A stretch of 64,000 nt of DNA from a virus (lineage: Duplodnaviria > Caudoviricetes), in IMG/VR virus record IMGVR_UViG_2600255140_000004, positions 28,658 to 92,657 of that record, one strand, 5' to 3'. Shown in pieces: positions 20,360 through 30,258 of this stretch. Positions within the stretch are counted from its first letter, which is position 1, and each line of letters opens with the position of its first letter. Position numbers and translations under genes: made by a program. The notes under the pieces are model-generated. The model ran no database searches and had not been told where the DNA came from. It worked only from the letters and a program-made list of their open reading frames with translations.

Positions 20360-20445
20360 ACGGGGCCTTTGCCCCTATACATAAATTGACTACTCCTATT
20401 AATGATCGGAAAGGCGGGGCTTGGCAGATGGCTGGTCCCGTTTTT
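20360..20445 (+). ncRNA. Candidate anti-RBS sRNA, unit 2
   Basis: Paralogous to unit 1; GGGGC/GCCCC hairpin, CTCCTATTAATGAT seed, intrinsic terminator with T5. Confidence 0.55.
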
Positions 20446-20514
20446 CCGTGAATGGGATTTCACGAATTCCTCAAATTAACTATGGAAAATATTCATTATA
20501 AGGAGGAAAGGAAT

Positions 20515-21207
20515 ATGAACAGATACTATTACACTTATGGGAACGGGAACGGGAGCGATGGCGGGGGATGGACTGAGGTTGTCGCACAGGACATGCGGGA
20601 GGCTCATGAAGTTTTCAAAAAACACCATCCGTGCCTTTCCCACGGAGTCCTCAATTGTGCGGATTATTATACGGAGGCGACATTTAGGGGAACCGGAATG
20701 CGGGAAGGGAATTTCGGCAGGAAATGCAGGGAAGTCCTTTTTTCAGAAACAGCGCAGAAAGAAGGTGCGCTTATCCGTTATCGGTTTTTGACAAAAGCAG
20801 AGGACTATCGCCCGTTAAAGGATATGGAAAAAATCCGGATGCCGTGGTGGTGCACTGCGGAAGGAACCGGGGTTTCCATTATCGTCTGCTATCTGCCCCT
20901 GATGTTGGCACTCCACGATTTCTGGCCGGATGCTTTTGACATTGAATGGGAAGATAAAACGGAGATTGAGTACACAGACCGGTTTGTAAAGCCGGACTGG
21001 ATGCCGGAGCCGACAGAAAAGGAAACGCTATGGGCGTATGAAATCCTTGATCTTGCAAAAGGCATCGTGTGGGCTCCGGACAGGGAGGCGGCAGAGGTAA
21101 GGGTACGCAGACACTATGAAAATTACCCGTCTTATAGCCGGCATACCCAAGTCCGTATCAACGTTCCTGCTTGCGACTATGAGAATGGCGTATATGAGTG
21201 GAGGTGA
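20515..21207 (+). CDS. Hypothetical multi-domain phage/ICE protein
   Basis: YYYTYG..GGWTEV, LNCADYY; strong RBS. Confidence 0.7.
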   Translation: MNRYYYTYGNGNGSDGGGWTEVVAQDMREAHEVFKKHHPCLSHGVLNCADYYTEATFRGTGMREGNFGRKCREVLFSETAQKEGALIRYRFLTKAEDYRPLKDMEKIRMPWWCTAEGTGVSIIVCYLPLMLALHDFWPDAFDIEWEDKTEIEYTDRFVKPDWMPEPTEKETLWAYEILDLAKGIVWAPDREAAEVRVRRHYENYPSYSRHTQVRINVPACDYENGVYEWR

Positions 21208-21211
21208 CCGT

Positions 21212-21559
21212 ATGAGAGATTCAAGGTTTTTAGAGGACATTGAAGACGCTGCCCTTTTGATGCAATACTTATATGAAGGGAATACGGTTACGGTAAAGAA
21301 TGCCATCGGAGTGCCATTGGAGATAACCATGGATGAAGAAGGGTACATTTTCCAAAAGAACTTGAATTTCCCAGAGTCTCCCAGGCATTTGAAAGCCTAC
21401 CAGCTTCCGGAATGGCTGGGGATCATTGACCAGTTGAAAGGACAGCCAGAGGAAAATCTGGCGGATGCGAACACCGGAAATGGGTTCCAAAATCAATGGG
21501 ATGAAATACGTTTCATTACCCTTGCAAACCGTTCCCTACGCAAAGTGAAAAATCGCTGA
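21212..21559 (+). CDS. Hypothetical protein
   Basis: GGAGGTGA RBS, followed by a terminator. Confidence 0.65.
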   Translation: MRDSRFLEDIEDAALLMQYLYEGNTVTVKNAIGVPLEITMDEEGYIFQKNLNFPESPRHLKAYQLPEWLGIIDQLKGQPEENLADANTGNGFQNQWDEIRFITLANRSLRKVKNR

Positions 21560-21571
21560 CTGGCGATAGGT

Positions 21572-21600
21572 AAAAGAAGCCATCCTTGGCTTCTTTTTTT
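21572..21600 (+). terminator. Intrinsic (bidirectional) terminator
   Basis: AAAAGAAGCCA-TCCT-TGGCTTCTTTTTTT. Confidence 0.75.
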
Positions 21601-21711
21601 AAGCAGTGGCCCAATGCTCCGGGATGAAAACCATATTATTGATAACACTTCGTGCCACATGAAGGCGGATATGCCTGGGTTTGTATAATTAAGGAAAAAG
21701 GAGGATTTTTT

Positions 21712-22599
21712 ATGCTCATTATTATTGACGGGAGTTCTATGCTGTCATCGGCATATTATGCCACGCTGCCTAAAGGCGGCGCAGGCGAGATCATGCACAC
21801 AAGGGATGGGGTATATACGAACGGTGTCCTTGGCATGTTACGTTCCATATTTAAGATCATCAGGGAGCAGAAACCGGAGTACCTCGCATTCGCATTTGAC
21901 CAGACTCGGAATACGTTCCGGCGTGAGATATACCCTGCCTATAAGGCGACCCGGAAGGAAACCCCGGAACCGTTAAAGCAGCAGTTTGCCACTATGCAGC
22001 ATATCTTGGAAATCTTCGGTTTCCGTATTTTCTGTTCCGGGTGTTATGAGGCGGACGATTACGCGGCAAGCCTTGCAGAGCGTTTCTGCAGGAAGGTGCC
22101 GGAAACATTGCTGGTCACACGGGATATGGACTATCTGCAGCTTGTGGACGACGCAAGACGGATACGGGTACAGTTAAAGAAAGTGTACACGGAGAAGGAA
22201 CTGAAGGAGGATTACGGCCTGTCTGAAGGAAGGCAAGTCGTGGAGTATAAGGCGCTGGTAGGGGACAAGTCAGATAACATTCCCGGCGTGAAAGGGATAG
22301 GGCCAAAAGCGGCTGTGCCGCTGTTACAGAAATACGGGTCAGTCACTGCGCTTTATCAGGCAGTGGATGCGGGTACGCTTAACTGCAGAACCCTTGGCAT
22401 TCGGAAGGACGTTTTCCGCTGCCTGGAAAAGGGGCGGGAATCCGCATTCCTATCCCTGCGCCTGGCGGAAACAAAGCGGGATATCGACCTTGGCGTATCA
22501 CTTTCCGACCTCCGATACTGCATCAGCCAGGACACCGTGCGCGAGGTCATACGCAGCTATGAGCTGGATTCACTAAAAAATGTTATGGGAGGGAAATAA
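21712..22599 (+). CDS. Stand-alone 5'-3' exonuclease / flap endonuclease (PolI N-terminal domain)
   Basis: IIDGSS, YPAYKATR, EADD, DMDYLQL, GDKSDNIPGVKGIGPK. Confidence 0.92.
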   Translation: MLIIIDGSSMLSSAYYATLPKGGAGEIMHTRDGVYTNGVLGMLRSIFKIIREQKPEYLAFAFDQTRNTFRREIYPAYKATRKETPEPLKQQFATMQHILEIFGFRIFCSGCYEADDYAASLAERFCRKVPETLLVTRDMDYLQLVDDARRIRVQLKKVYTEKELKEDYGLSEGRQVVEYKALVGDKSDNIPGVKGIGPKAAVPLLQKYGSVTALYQAVDAGTLNCRTLGIRKDVFRCLEKGRESAFLSLRLAETKRDIDLGVSLSDLRYCISQDTVREVIRSYELDSLKNVMGGK

Positions 22600-23544
22600 A
22601 TGCGGGAAATAATAGTTGCCCTGTTGGTGGGGCTTGCCCTGTGCGGGTGTTCCAGGGCGGAGTATGAAGACGAAAATATCCGGATCACACAGTATACAGG
22701 AGTAGAATCAGGAGCGCTATCGCCTACGGCGATCACAGATGCGGATGTAGATGCAGAAATTGGTGAAATCCTGGATGCGAACGCAGAAAAGGCCGAGACA
22801 TCACGGGCGGCCGGGAAAGGGGATATTGTTGTAATCGACTACACGTCGGAAACGGACAGCAGTCTGGATCTTGAGCTGCCAGTCACCGCGGACGGAGGGC
22901 TCCAGGAAAGCCTTGCCGGGCATAAGAAAGGGGAGCGCTATGAATGGGTGGATCCGGTTGGCAATATATATACGGTTACCGTAAAAATGGTCATGGAAAA
23001 ACATGTGCCGGAGCTTACGGATGCATTTGTGAAAACAGTGTCCCGAACAACAGGAACGGTAAAAGAATTCCGGGGGGAAGTCAAAAAGCAGCTTGAGGAT
23101 AGGGCGGAAAGGGAGTATCGGGCGCAGCTGGCGGACGGGGCTTTTGATGCGGTCCTCGCGAATACCGAGGTCCTGCAGTATCCGGATTTGACGGACATAG
23201 AGAATGAAATAAAGAGTCAGTACCAGGAGGCTGCAAACGATAGCGGCGTGGATTATGAGACATATATCCGGGATTATATCGGACAGAGCTTGGATAAATT
23301 CGATGAAGGGATTCAGGAGGCGTCAAAGGCGCAGGCGAAAGAAACCATGGCTGTGCGCGCAATCGCGGACCAGGAAAAACTGATTCAGACGGAAAAGGAG
23401 CAGGCAACAGCATTGGAGGCGCTTGCCAAGGAATACGGGTATGAAGATGCCGCTGCGATGGAGAAAGATATCGGCAGGGACCGGGCGCTGAGCTATGCCA
23501 TGGCATACGCTGTCAGGGAATGGCTCGCAGACCATGCAAAATAG
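22600..23544 (+). CDS. Trigger-factor-like chaperone with lipoprotein signal
   Basis: LALCGC lipobox; ITDADVDAEI, GDIVVIDY, PELTDAFV, AIADQEKL; no ribosome-binding GFRxGxxP motif. Confidence 0.8.
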   Translation: MREIIVALLVGLALCGCSRAEYEDENIRITQYTGVESGALSPTAITDADVDAEIGEILDANAEKAETSRAAGKGDIVVIDYTSETDSSLDLELPVTADGGLQESLAGHKKGERYEWVDPVGNIYTVTVKMVMEKHVPELTDAFVKTVSRTTGTVKEFRGEVKKQLEDRAEREYRAQLADGAFDAVLANTEVLQYPDLTDIENEIKSQYQEAANDSGVDYETYIRDYIGQSLDKFDEGIQEASKAQAKETMAVRAIADQEKLIQTEKEQATALEALAKEYGYEDAAAMEKDIGRDRALSYAMAYAVREWLADHAK

Positions 23545-23628
23545 AATTCGGCTCAGGAAAATGACGCATGCGGGAATATGATAAACTAAAGACATAGACG
23601 AGATTGGCGTAAGCCGTATACGAATAGA

Positions 23629-24333
23629 TTGTCCTCTTTTAATGAAATGGGAAACGGCGGGGCCTTGCGGCTCCGCTTTTTCCTGCCAAATTTTTGGGTT
23701 GCTGACAGCACCGTGCCGGAGGCTGTTGTAGACCGCATGCGTATGGAATCACACCTGACCGTCCGCAAGACGTGTGACAAAGCGGTACGTCTGATGTACT
23801 GCGAGCTTTTGGCGGCGGAGCATGGCGTTGACAGGGAGTTCGTGAAACGTGCGATGGACGTGTTCGGGTGTTCTGACCGCTACTGCCGCCAGTTCCGTGA
23901 TGTCATAGTGAACGGAACGCCGTATCTGAAACAATGCCTGTATATGGGCGAGAAGATTCGGGTCGGTGAGGCTGCACATATCGCGAATACCGCTCCGGGG
24001 GACGAGGCCATGCAGAAAGTTCTTCTGAAAGAACATCTGGAAAAGCGTGAGATGAAACGCAAGCTTTCGGCAAGGAGCGTGACGTTCCCATCCATGGGAG
24101 CCAATACAATGCCGTGCAAGCCACCGGCATCTATTACGGCGGCGTCTGATTCAGAGATGCCCTGTAAGCCAGCAATTCCTGAAATGCCGTGCGAGGAATC
24201 CCCGGCTGTCGGGATGCTGCTCCAGAGTATGCGGCAGTTCTGCGCGAACGGCAAGTTAAACCTGCCGGATGTTTCCAAACAGGAACTTTTGTCACTATGC
24301 CACAAGCTGATGTCCATGTATGGGGAGGTGTAG
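23629..24333 (+). CDS. Hypothetical protein, possible ParB-like HTH region (start uncertain)
   Basis: Helical FGCSDRYCRQF segment resembles VSDRYSRMY of the ParB at 57304. Confidence 0.5.
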   Translation: MSSFNEMGNGGALRLRFFLPNFWVADSTVPEAVVDRMRMESHLTVRKTCDKAVRLMYCELLAAEHGVDREFVKRAMDVFGCSDRYCRQFRDVIVNGTPYLKQCLYMGEKIRVGEAAHIANTAPGDEAMQKVLLKEHLEKREMKRKLSARSVTFPSMGANTMPCKPPASITAASDSEMPCKPAIPEMPCEESPAVGMLLQSMRQFCANGKLNLPDVSKQELLSLCHKLMSMYGEV

Positions 24334-24335
24334 GA

Positions 24336-24716
24336 ATGAAAGCAGGATGTTATCTGATCTTCGTCCGCAACGAAGCCACGGGCTGTCTCCGGCTTGCTGC
24401 GACAGGGAATCCCCAGGCATGTGTGGAGAAAATGGAAAACATGTCGGGATGCGATATGAGCATCGTGTTCCAGATTGGCTATCCCAGCGTGGAGGAAGCG
24501 ACGGAACGCAAGGATGTGATGAAAGTAGCGCTTGCGCCATACAAAATAAAGGCGGCAGTGAACGGGAAGAAACGTTCGCGGTTTGGAAGCTGGTTCCTCC
24601 CCGAGGCATGGGGGCATCTGGCCGTTGCGCCTGAAGTGCTGGAAGAGGCAGTTGAAGAACTGTATAATTTTTACGATGGCGAGTTATGGATGCTGCAGGA
24701 TTCCCTCCCTGTCTGA
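24336..24716 (+). CDS. Degenerate T5orf172/GIY-YIG-like protein
   Basis: YLIFVRNE..LRLAATGNP..GSWF pattern; catalytic motif altered. Confidence 0.45.
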   Translation: MKAGCYLIFVRNEATGCLRLAATGNPQACVEKMENMSGCDMSIVFQIGYPSVEEATERKDVMKVALAPYKIKAAVNGKKRSRFGSWFLPEAWGHLAVAPEVLEEAVEELYNFYDGELWMLQDSLPV

Positions 24717-24780
24717 TGGGTTAAAAAAGAGACGCTTTGGCGTCTCTTTTTTAGACGGCAATACAGGAAACACGTCCTGT

Positions 24781-25662
24781 TTACTCATTCTGGGCTTTTA
24801 ATAATGTATTATCGGAATCCTTAAAAAGGGCGGCCAGCATTTCCGGCATATAGTAGCGCCCTTCCAGGATTTGTGTGTATTCGCCTGCCTTGCTGACCAG
24901 TTCAGGGGAAATGTTGTTTAGGAAAGCATGGGTGACGACAAGCTCGTCCTTACATTTGCGCCTGCGCCGTCTGAGACATCGGATCATCTGTATCAGCTTA
25001 TGTTCCGTTGTGTCATCATATTCATTGAATTCGATTGCATGTTCGATGATCGTGATTAGTTTCTCCGTTTTCCTGCACTCTTCATTCAGCGCCTTTTCGC
25101 GTTGGCCAATCCCGTCATAAAAGAGAACGAGGGCATGTATCAGACCCAGGGAGCTGTTTATAGCTGACGGCTGCGCGAAAGGGATGAGAGCCAGCATGTC
25201 CGGCGCGTTTTCTGAATATATGGCGGGATCGATATCCGTGTATGATATTTCTTCCGGCAGGGGGTCAGGAATGTCATCCTCTTCAATGGGCACAGTCATC
25301 CATGTGTATTTCCGGAGCAGCGGATGGGTGGAACATTGGTTGTTAAGGACATTTTTTGCTTTTTCCTCTTCCCACTTCCCGGCATGTGCGGGGTTTGATG
25401 TCAATGACAGGTCATTTGCCAGGTATCCGCGTTCGCACTTGATTTGCAGCATTATGGGTTCCGTGTACTCTTCGTCCCGTGCCTCAATCCGCCATTTCAT
25501 CTGTGCTTTTTGGGGAAACTTCGAACGGAACGCCAGCAGGACAGGGAATGCACGGGTTTCTGATGCGAATTTCAGGGCGCACCCGCTGTCTTTCGTCATT
25601 TTTGTGCTGTCAGGGTCTTCGCTTGACAGATAATTGATGCCATCTGTAATGTAATAAACCAT
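24781..25662 (-). CDS. Hypothetical protein
   Basis: AAAGGAG RBS; CATATT motif upstream. Confidence 0.7.
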   Translation of the reverse strand: MVYYITDGINYLSSEDPDSTKMTKDSGCALKFASETRAFPVLLAFRSKFPQKAQMKWRIEARDEEYTEPIMLQIKCERGYLANDLSLTSNPAHAGKWEEEKAKNVLNNQCSTHPLLRKYTWMTVPIEEDDIPDPLPEEISYTDIDPAIYSENAPDMLALIPFAQPSAINSSLGLIHALVLFYDGIGQREKALNEECRKTEKLITIIEHAIEFNEYDDTTEHKLIQMIRCLRRRRRKCKDELVVTHAFLNNISPELVSKAGEYTQILEGRYYMPEMLAALFKDSDNTLLKAQNE

Positions 25663-25768
25663 AAAAATCTCCTTTCTGTGTTTTTCAGGCATAATATGGG
25701 GGATTTGTTCCATAAAGCGGCTTTTTTTCGCCAAACTGTATAATGTAGCCATAGGAGGAGAAAAGCAT

Positions 25769-25960
25769 ATGAGAGATCTTTCAGAGATGCTGCAGGAGTT
25801 TGACGGCATCTGCCGGAGGTATCCAAAGCAGCATGTGGTCACGCTGTGTAACCGTTATTTGGGGTTGCTGAATGAAGAGGAGTTTCAGGTGGCAGACAAA
25901 TATTATTACTGGTTCGTAATGGTTGGTGATGCCTCCCGGAGCAAAGATTTGATTTATTAG
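25769..25960 (+). CDS. Small hypothetical protein
   Basis: TATAAT and AGGAGG upstream. Confidence 0.6.
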   Translation: MRDLSEMLQEFDGICRRYPKQHVVTLCNRYLGLLNEEEFQVADKYYYWFVMVGDASRSKDLIY

Positions 25961-25969
25961 GAGGTTTTT

Positions 25970-27853
25970 ATGAACGAGGCACAATTGGAATGCGTACATA
26001 CGATAAATGGACAGGTAATCGTAATTGCCTGTCCAGGAGCAGGCAAGACGACGACACTGCTTGCGAGGATAAATCACATGGTGAAAGAGGCAGGGATAGA
26101 TCCGGAACATATTTTGATGATGACATTTACACGTTCGGCAGCAGCAGAAATGCGTAAACGTTACGAATCGGAACCGGGTTCCAAAAAGGGCGTGACATTT
26201 TCCACGATCCATGCGCTTTGCCTGGCAATCCTGATCCGCTACAGAGGAAGGCCGGAGATTATGAGTGATGATGAAGAACGTGATTTCTTTTTCTCCATGC
26301 TCCGGGACAGTGCGGCAAAGTACCCGTCAATGGACATCCCCAAGGGATACCGGACGATGCTCGCGGCGGTTAGTGACCGTGACCAGTTTATCAATGACCT
26401 TGTTCTTGATATCGGGATGCACAAAAACAATCCAGGCAAAAAGTTCAAACTGAACAGCACTCCCGACAAGGCGCTGTTCCAGTTCCTGTGGGACCGCTAC
26501 GAGACCCTGAAAAAGCAGCAAGGGAAGATTGACTTTGATGATATGCTGACACAGGCATATGAAGTCCTTCTTAATGACAAGCGGGCTCTTGCCGAGCTTA
26601 GGGATAAATACCGGTATATCCAGGTGGACGAGTACCAGGATACCAATTATGTGCAGCGCGACATTGTTTACCTGCTTGCCGGCGAGAATGGGAATCTTGC
26701 TGTTGTGGGCGATGATGACCAGTCTATTTATGGGTTCAGGGGTGCGTGCCCGGAAGTGATGCTGGGTTTCCCCGACGATTATCCGAGGGCGAAGGTCATC
26801 CGCATGGGTACGAATTACCGATCCGCAAGGAACATCATCGCGTGTGCAGGGCAGATGATCGCAAAAAATCGCAACCGGTATGCGAAAGATTTCATTGCGG
26901 CCAGGCCGGAGGCGGGCGAGATTGAACTTACCCTTGGCGAGACAAAAGCAGAAACGCACAGGATCATTGCAGGCCGCGTGGAAAGCCTGTTAAAGTCAGG
27001 GATGCAGGATAGGGATATTGCGGTTTTATACCGCACGAACAAGGAAACGGAAGGGATTGCGGGCGCGCTGATCCGGCGCGGGATTGAAGTACAGGTTGCG
27101 GACGGGGTTACGAACAGGTATGAACATTGGATCTACCGTGATATCTGTTCCTATTACCGGCTGGCAAATGAAATCGGCGGGGAGGGTGATCTGGCGAGGA
27201 TCCTTAACCATCCCCAGCGGTACCTGCAGTCGGACAGGTATGTATGGATGCAGACGCTGGCGGAGACAGAACAGCAGATGTGCCAGGCAGCGTATGAAAT
27301 GAACGGTGAATTTTGGAAGGTGAAGGGTGCAGTCAAAGAGATTGAAGACTTGTTCCGGCTCCTGCGGAGCCTGAAAGGCAAACCGCCCAGGACATACATG
27401 AGCACGCTGTATGTGGCTTACCGCAGATATCTGAAGGATTATGCGAATTTCAGGGGCATGGACATGGAAGAGCTGACATCTGTATGGGAATCATATCTGT
27501 CTGATGTGAAAAGCCTGCCGTCAGGCGCGGAGCCGTGGCGGGAGTGGGAGGCATATGTAAAGAGGTATGAGCATGCAATCCGCCAGGCCCGGAAGTCCCA
27601 GGCGGGAGTGCTGCTGTCCAGCATGCATAAAGCGAAGGGACTTGAATGGGAACATGTGATCGTGGCAAACTGCGTTGAGGGGAATATCCCGTACCAGAAC
27701 GAGAAACGCCCCTGTGACATAGAAGAGGAGCGCCGTTTGTTCTATGTGGCATGTACGCGGGCAAAGAAACATCTTGAGCTGGTCGGGTATAAGAGCAGGA
27801 GCGGGAAACATGTGAATATCAGCCCGTTCATCCGGGAACTGACAAAGGCGTAA
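25970..27853 (+). CDS. UvrD/PcrA-family SF1 helicase
   Basis: ACPGAGKT, VDEYQD, VGDDDQSIYGFRG, NYRS, HKAKGLEW, EERRLFYVACTRAK. Confidence 0.95.
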   Translation: MNEAQLECVHTINGQVIVIACPGAGKTTTLLARINHMVKEAGIDPEHILMMTFTRSAAAEMRKRYESEPGSKKGVTFSTIHALCLAILIRYRGRPEIMSDDEERDFFFSMLRDSAAKYPSMDIPKGYRTMLAAVSDRDQFINDLVLDIGMHKNNPGKKFKLNSTPDKALFQFLWDRYETLKKQQGKIDFDDMLTQAYEVLLNDKRALAELRDKYRYIQVDEYQDTNYVQRDIVYLLAGENGNLAVVGDDDQSIYGFRGACPEVMLGFPDDYPRAKVIRMGTNYRSARNIIACAGQMIAKNRNRYAKDFIAARPEAGEIELTLGETKAETHRIIAGRVESLLKSGMQDRDIAVLYRTNKETEGIAGALIRRGIEVQVADGVTNRYEHWIYRDICSYYRLANEIGGEGDLARILNHPQRYLQSDRYVWMQTLAETEQQMCQAAYEMNGEFWKVKGAVKEIEDLFRLLRSLKGKPPRTYMSTLYVAYRRYLKDYANFRGMDMEELTSVWESYLSDVKSLPSGAEPWREWEAYVKRYEHAIRQARKSQAGVLLSSMHKAKGLEWEHVIVANCVEGNIPYQNEKRPCDIEEERRLFYVACTRAKKHLELVGYKSRSGKHVNISPFIRELTKA

Positions 27854-27889
27854 TTGAAACACCCAGGAGGAATCCTCCTGGGTGTTTGG

Positions 27890-28831
27890 TTAATCCTGTG
27901 CAAAAATCTGGCTGTGCAGGATACGGGAAGTATCTTCCTGAAATACGACATTTCCGGCCTTTTGGCGTTTTGTGTGGGTTTTATTGAAGAGACGTTGTAT
28001 ATCTTTGCTGCTGCCCAGTTTTACAATTGCACGGTTATAGATGGATTTGACTTCCTTTAAGGGAATCCCGGTTTCCAAATGGATGTTTTCAAAAGATTTT
28101 TCCTTATGCCCGTCCAGATTGATGCGCCTTTTGAGAATATCCCATTCCTCTGGCTCCAAAACCTCAATTACAGCTCTGCTTATTACTTCCTCCCGCTCCT
28201 GTGCAAGCATCATATCTTCCGGATTCGGTATTTTGGATACGATTTGCGTACAGCTCTCATCGTCATCTACCGCGACATAATTTGTGTTATACCGGTATTG
28301 GAGCGTTGACCGTACTACTTTTGGGGAAAGCCCCGTGCGCGTTGCGACCATGTCGTCCGTCCATTGGATTCCCTTCGATTCGTAATGCTGGATTGCAGCT
28401 ATGACCTTCCGCGAATTCTTGATGTCGTATGGGGAGAGGTGCAGGGTGTTCTTGGAAAGATATGTAGATATCACCTCCCTGAAATGCCGGACATAGAAGG
28501 TGGTAGGCGTGGAGCGCAGCGGATCATAAGAATCCAATTTTTCGTAGAATTTCTCCGCAAGCCCCTGCTGGATATCCTTCCATGCGTCTGAATCTACGCG
28601 GTAGCGGACGAGGATCTGTTTCGCCTCCTTCATGCCGAATTTGAGGACAGATGCAAATAAGTCGGCTTTGATCTTGTCCTCGTACTGTTCCTCTTCATAA
28701 GTGAGTGCCTGTCCGGAAGCACGTTTTTCCTTAAATGTTTCCAGTTTCTTTTTGCGTAGGTAGAACACAACCTGTTCCTTCGTCAGTGTGAGCTGTCCAT
28801 AGTCGCCAATTTTTGCTGTTTCGTTTGCCAT
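27890..28831 (-). CDS. Divergent sigma-70 family factor
   Basis: DIQQG..YDP..PTTFYVRHFRE (region 2), LEPEEWDILKRR..KSFENI..YNRAIVKL (region 4). Confidence 0.75.
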   Translation of the reverse strand: MANETAKIGDYGQLTLTKEQVVFYLRKKKLETFKEKRASGQALTYEEEQYEDKIKADLFASVLKFGMKEAKQILVRYRVDSDAWKDIQQGLAEKFYEKLDSYDPLRSTPTTFYVRHFREVISTYLSKNTLHLSPYDIKNSRKVIAAIQHYESKGIQWTDDMVATRTGLSPKVVRSTLQYRYNTNYVAVDDDESCTQIVSKIPNPEDMMLAQEREEVISRAVIEVLEPEEWDILKRRINLDGHKEKSFENIHLETGIPLKEVKSIYNRAIVKLGSSKDIQRLFNKTHTKRQKAGNVVFQEDTSRILHSQIFAQD

Positions 28832-29014
28832 AAAACATGTCTCCTTTCGATTTTTTGCCGCAACATATCCATAGCGTGTTGTGAAGAGGCCCGATAAACA
28901 TGGAATGAAACTCGCCCTCTCTGTTTAATCTGAGTGAACTTTGTCTTTTTGGTGCGGATTCTCCGGTTTTCTGTAAGAGAATCCCATATTGTGGATATTG
29001 AAAGGAGGGATTGC

Positions 29015-30172
29015 ATGAAACGATGGAAAAGGATGCTTGCCGCATTGTCTGCATGCGTAATGCTGGCAGGAGGGGCTGTGCAGGCATCGGGGGATATGGA
29101 CCAGGATGTATTTGACGGATGGAATGAAGACAACAGGGAGGCAGCGCTTGCATCTTTTGAGGCAACGGACTGGGAGGCGCTTGCCGACCAGCTCATCCTT
29201 GACGGGAAGATTTCCAAAGGGATACAGACGCGTGATATTTCCCAAAACGTGGAGGCGCTCAGGCCGCTGGTGAAGGAAACACTGAAAGGCTGCAGCAGCA
29301 GGACGAAAGCACCGTCCAGCCAATATGCGCCCCTGATCCTCGCTATGATAGAAGTCCTCTCGGACGGGAACCCATCAGCGACGGATCCATGCGGTGTGAC
29401 ACAATATTTCTTGACATCCGCGTCTATCAGCAGCCCGGCCTCGTCTGTCAGGTTCCTGTTCAACCGTCTGCAGGTGATGGAAATAGCATATAACGGGGCA
29501 CATCAGACGCCTGTGAGCCTCAAAAAGAAAAATGACGGGCTGGACGTGGCAGTTGAGGCGGTCATGCTCAGGTCGGATTATGCAAAATCAACAGAGAAGT
29601 ATTCGAAAAAGGATGCACAGAAGTATTACGAAACGAATAAAGAGGCTGTTTTTGACCCCATCGGCATTGTGCCGATGACAGATTTTGCTGAACAGGTCGG
29701 AAAGCATATTACGGCCGTGGAGACCACTACATCTGCCTCGGTCACGTGGAACGGGAAAATGACATCGGCAATGCAGAAAGTCTGTGATGCGGCAAGAAAC
29801 GGGAAATCCACACGCTCCGCAAAGGCGGGGTACTGTGCCGCGTGGGTGTCGGGCGTGTATCAGTATGCGCTTGGGTATTACCCGGGGCATAATGCGATTG
29901 ACTATTGGAAACTGTGGAGTTCCAGCGGCTCAAGGGATTCAAAGAATATCCCGCCCGGAGCGGCGGTCGTAGGCACGGGATCCGGGACGCAGTGGGGGCA
30001 TGTAGGGATCTATGTCGGGAATGGACAGGTCGCAGAGAATATTGGAGGATACCGGGTGATCAGCCTGGAACGCTGGATATCATGGCAGAATAGCAAGCCG
30101 TCAAGGATTGCCGGCGAGAAAGGGTGGATTGGCTGGGTATGGCCTTGTAAAAAAGACTTGAGCAGATCGTAG
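29015..30172 (+). CDS. Secreted cell-wall hydrolase: lysozyme-like domain plus CHAP/NlpC-P60 domain
   Basis: Signal peptide; YAPLILAMIEV; GYCAAWV, WGHVGIYVGNG. Confidence 0.8.
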   Translation: MKRWKRMLAALSACVMLAGGAVQASGDMDQDVFDGWNEDNREAALASFEATDWEALADQLILDGKISKGIQTRDISQNVEALRPLVKETLKGCSSRTKAPSSQYAPLILAMIEVLSDGNPSATDPCGVTQYFLTSASISSPASSVRFLFNRLQVMEIAYNGAHQTPVSLKKKNDGLDVAVEAVMLRSDYAKSTEKYSKKDAQKYYETNKEAVFDPIGIVPMTDFAEQVGKHITAVETTTSASVTWNGKMTSAMQKVCDAARNGKSTRSAKAGYCAAWVSGVYQYALGYYPGHNAIDYWKLWSSSGSRDSKNIPPGAAVVGTGSGTQWGHVGIYVGNGQVAENIGGYRVISLERWISWQNSKPSRIAGEKGWIGWVWPCKKDLSRS

Positions 30173-30258
30173 GCACATGCCGGGCTTTGCCTCAAAAAAA
30201 CAAGGAGCCTCCAGGGCGTGGTATACTGAACCCATCATAAAAGAGGAGGAACCACAAA

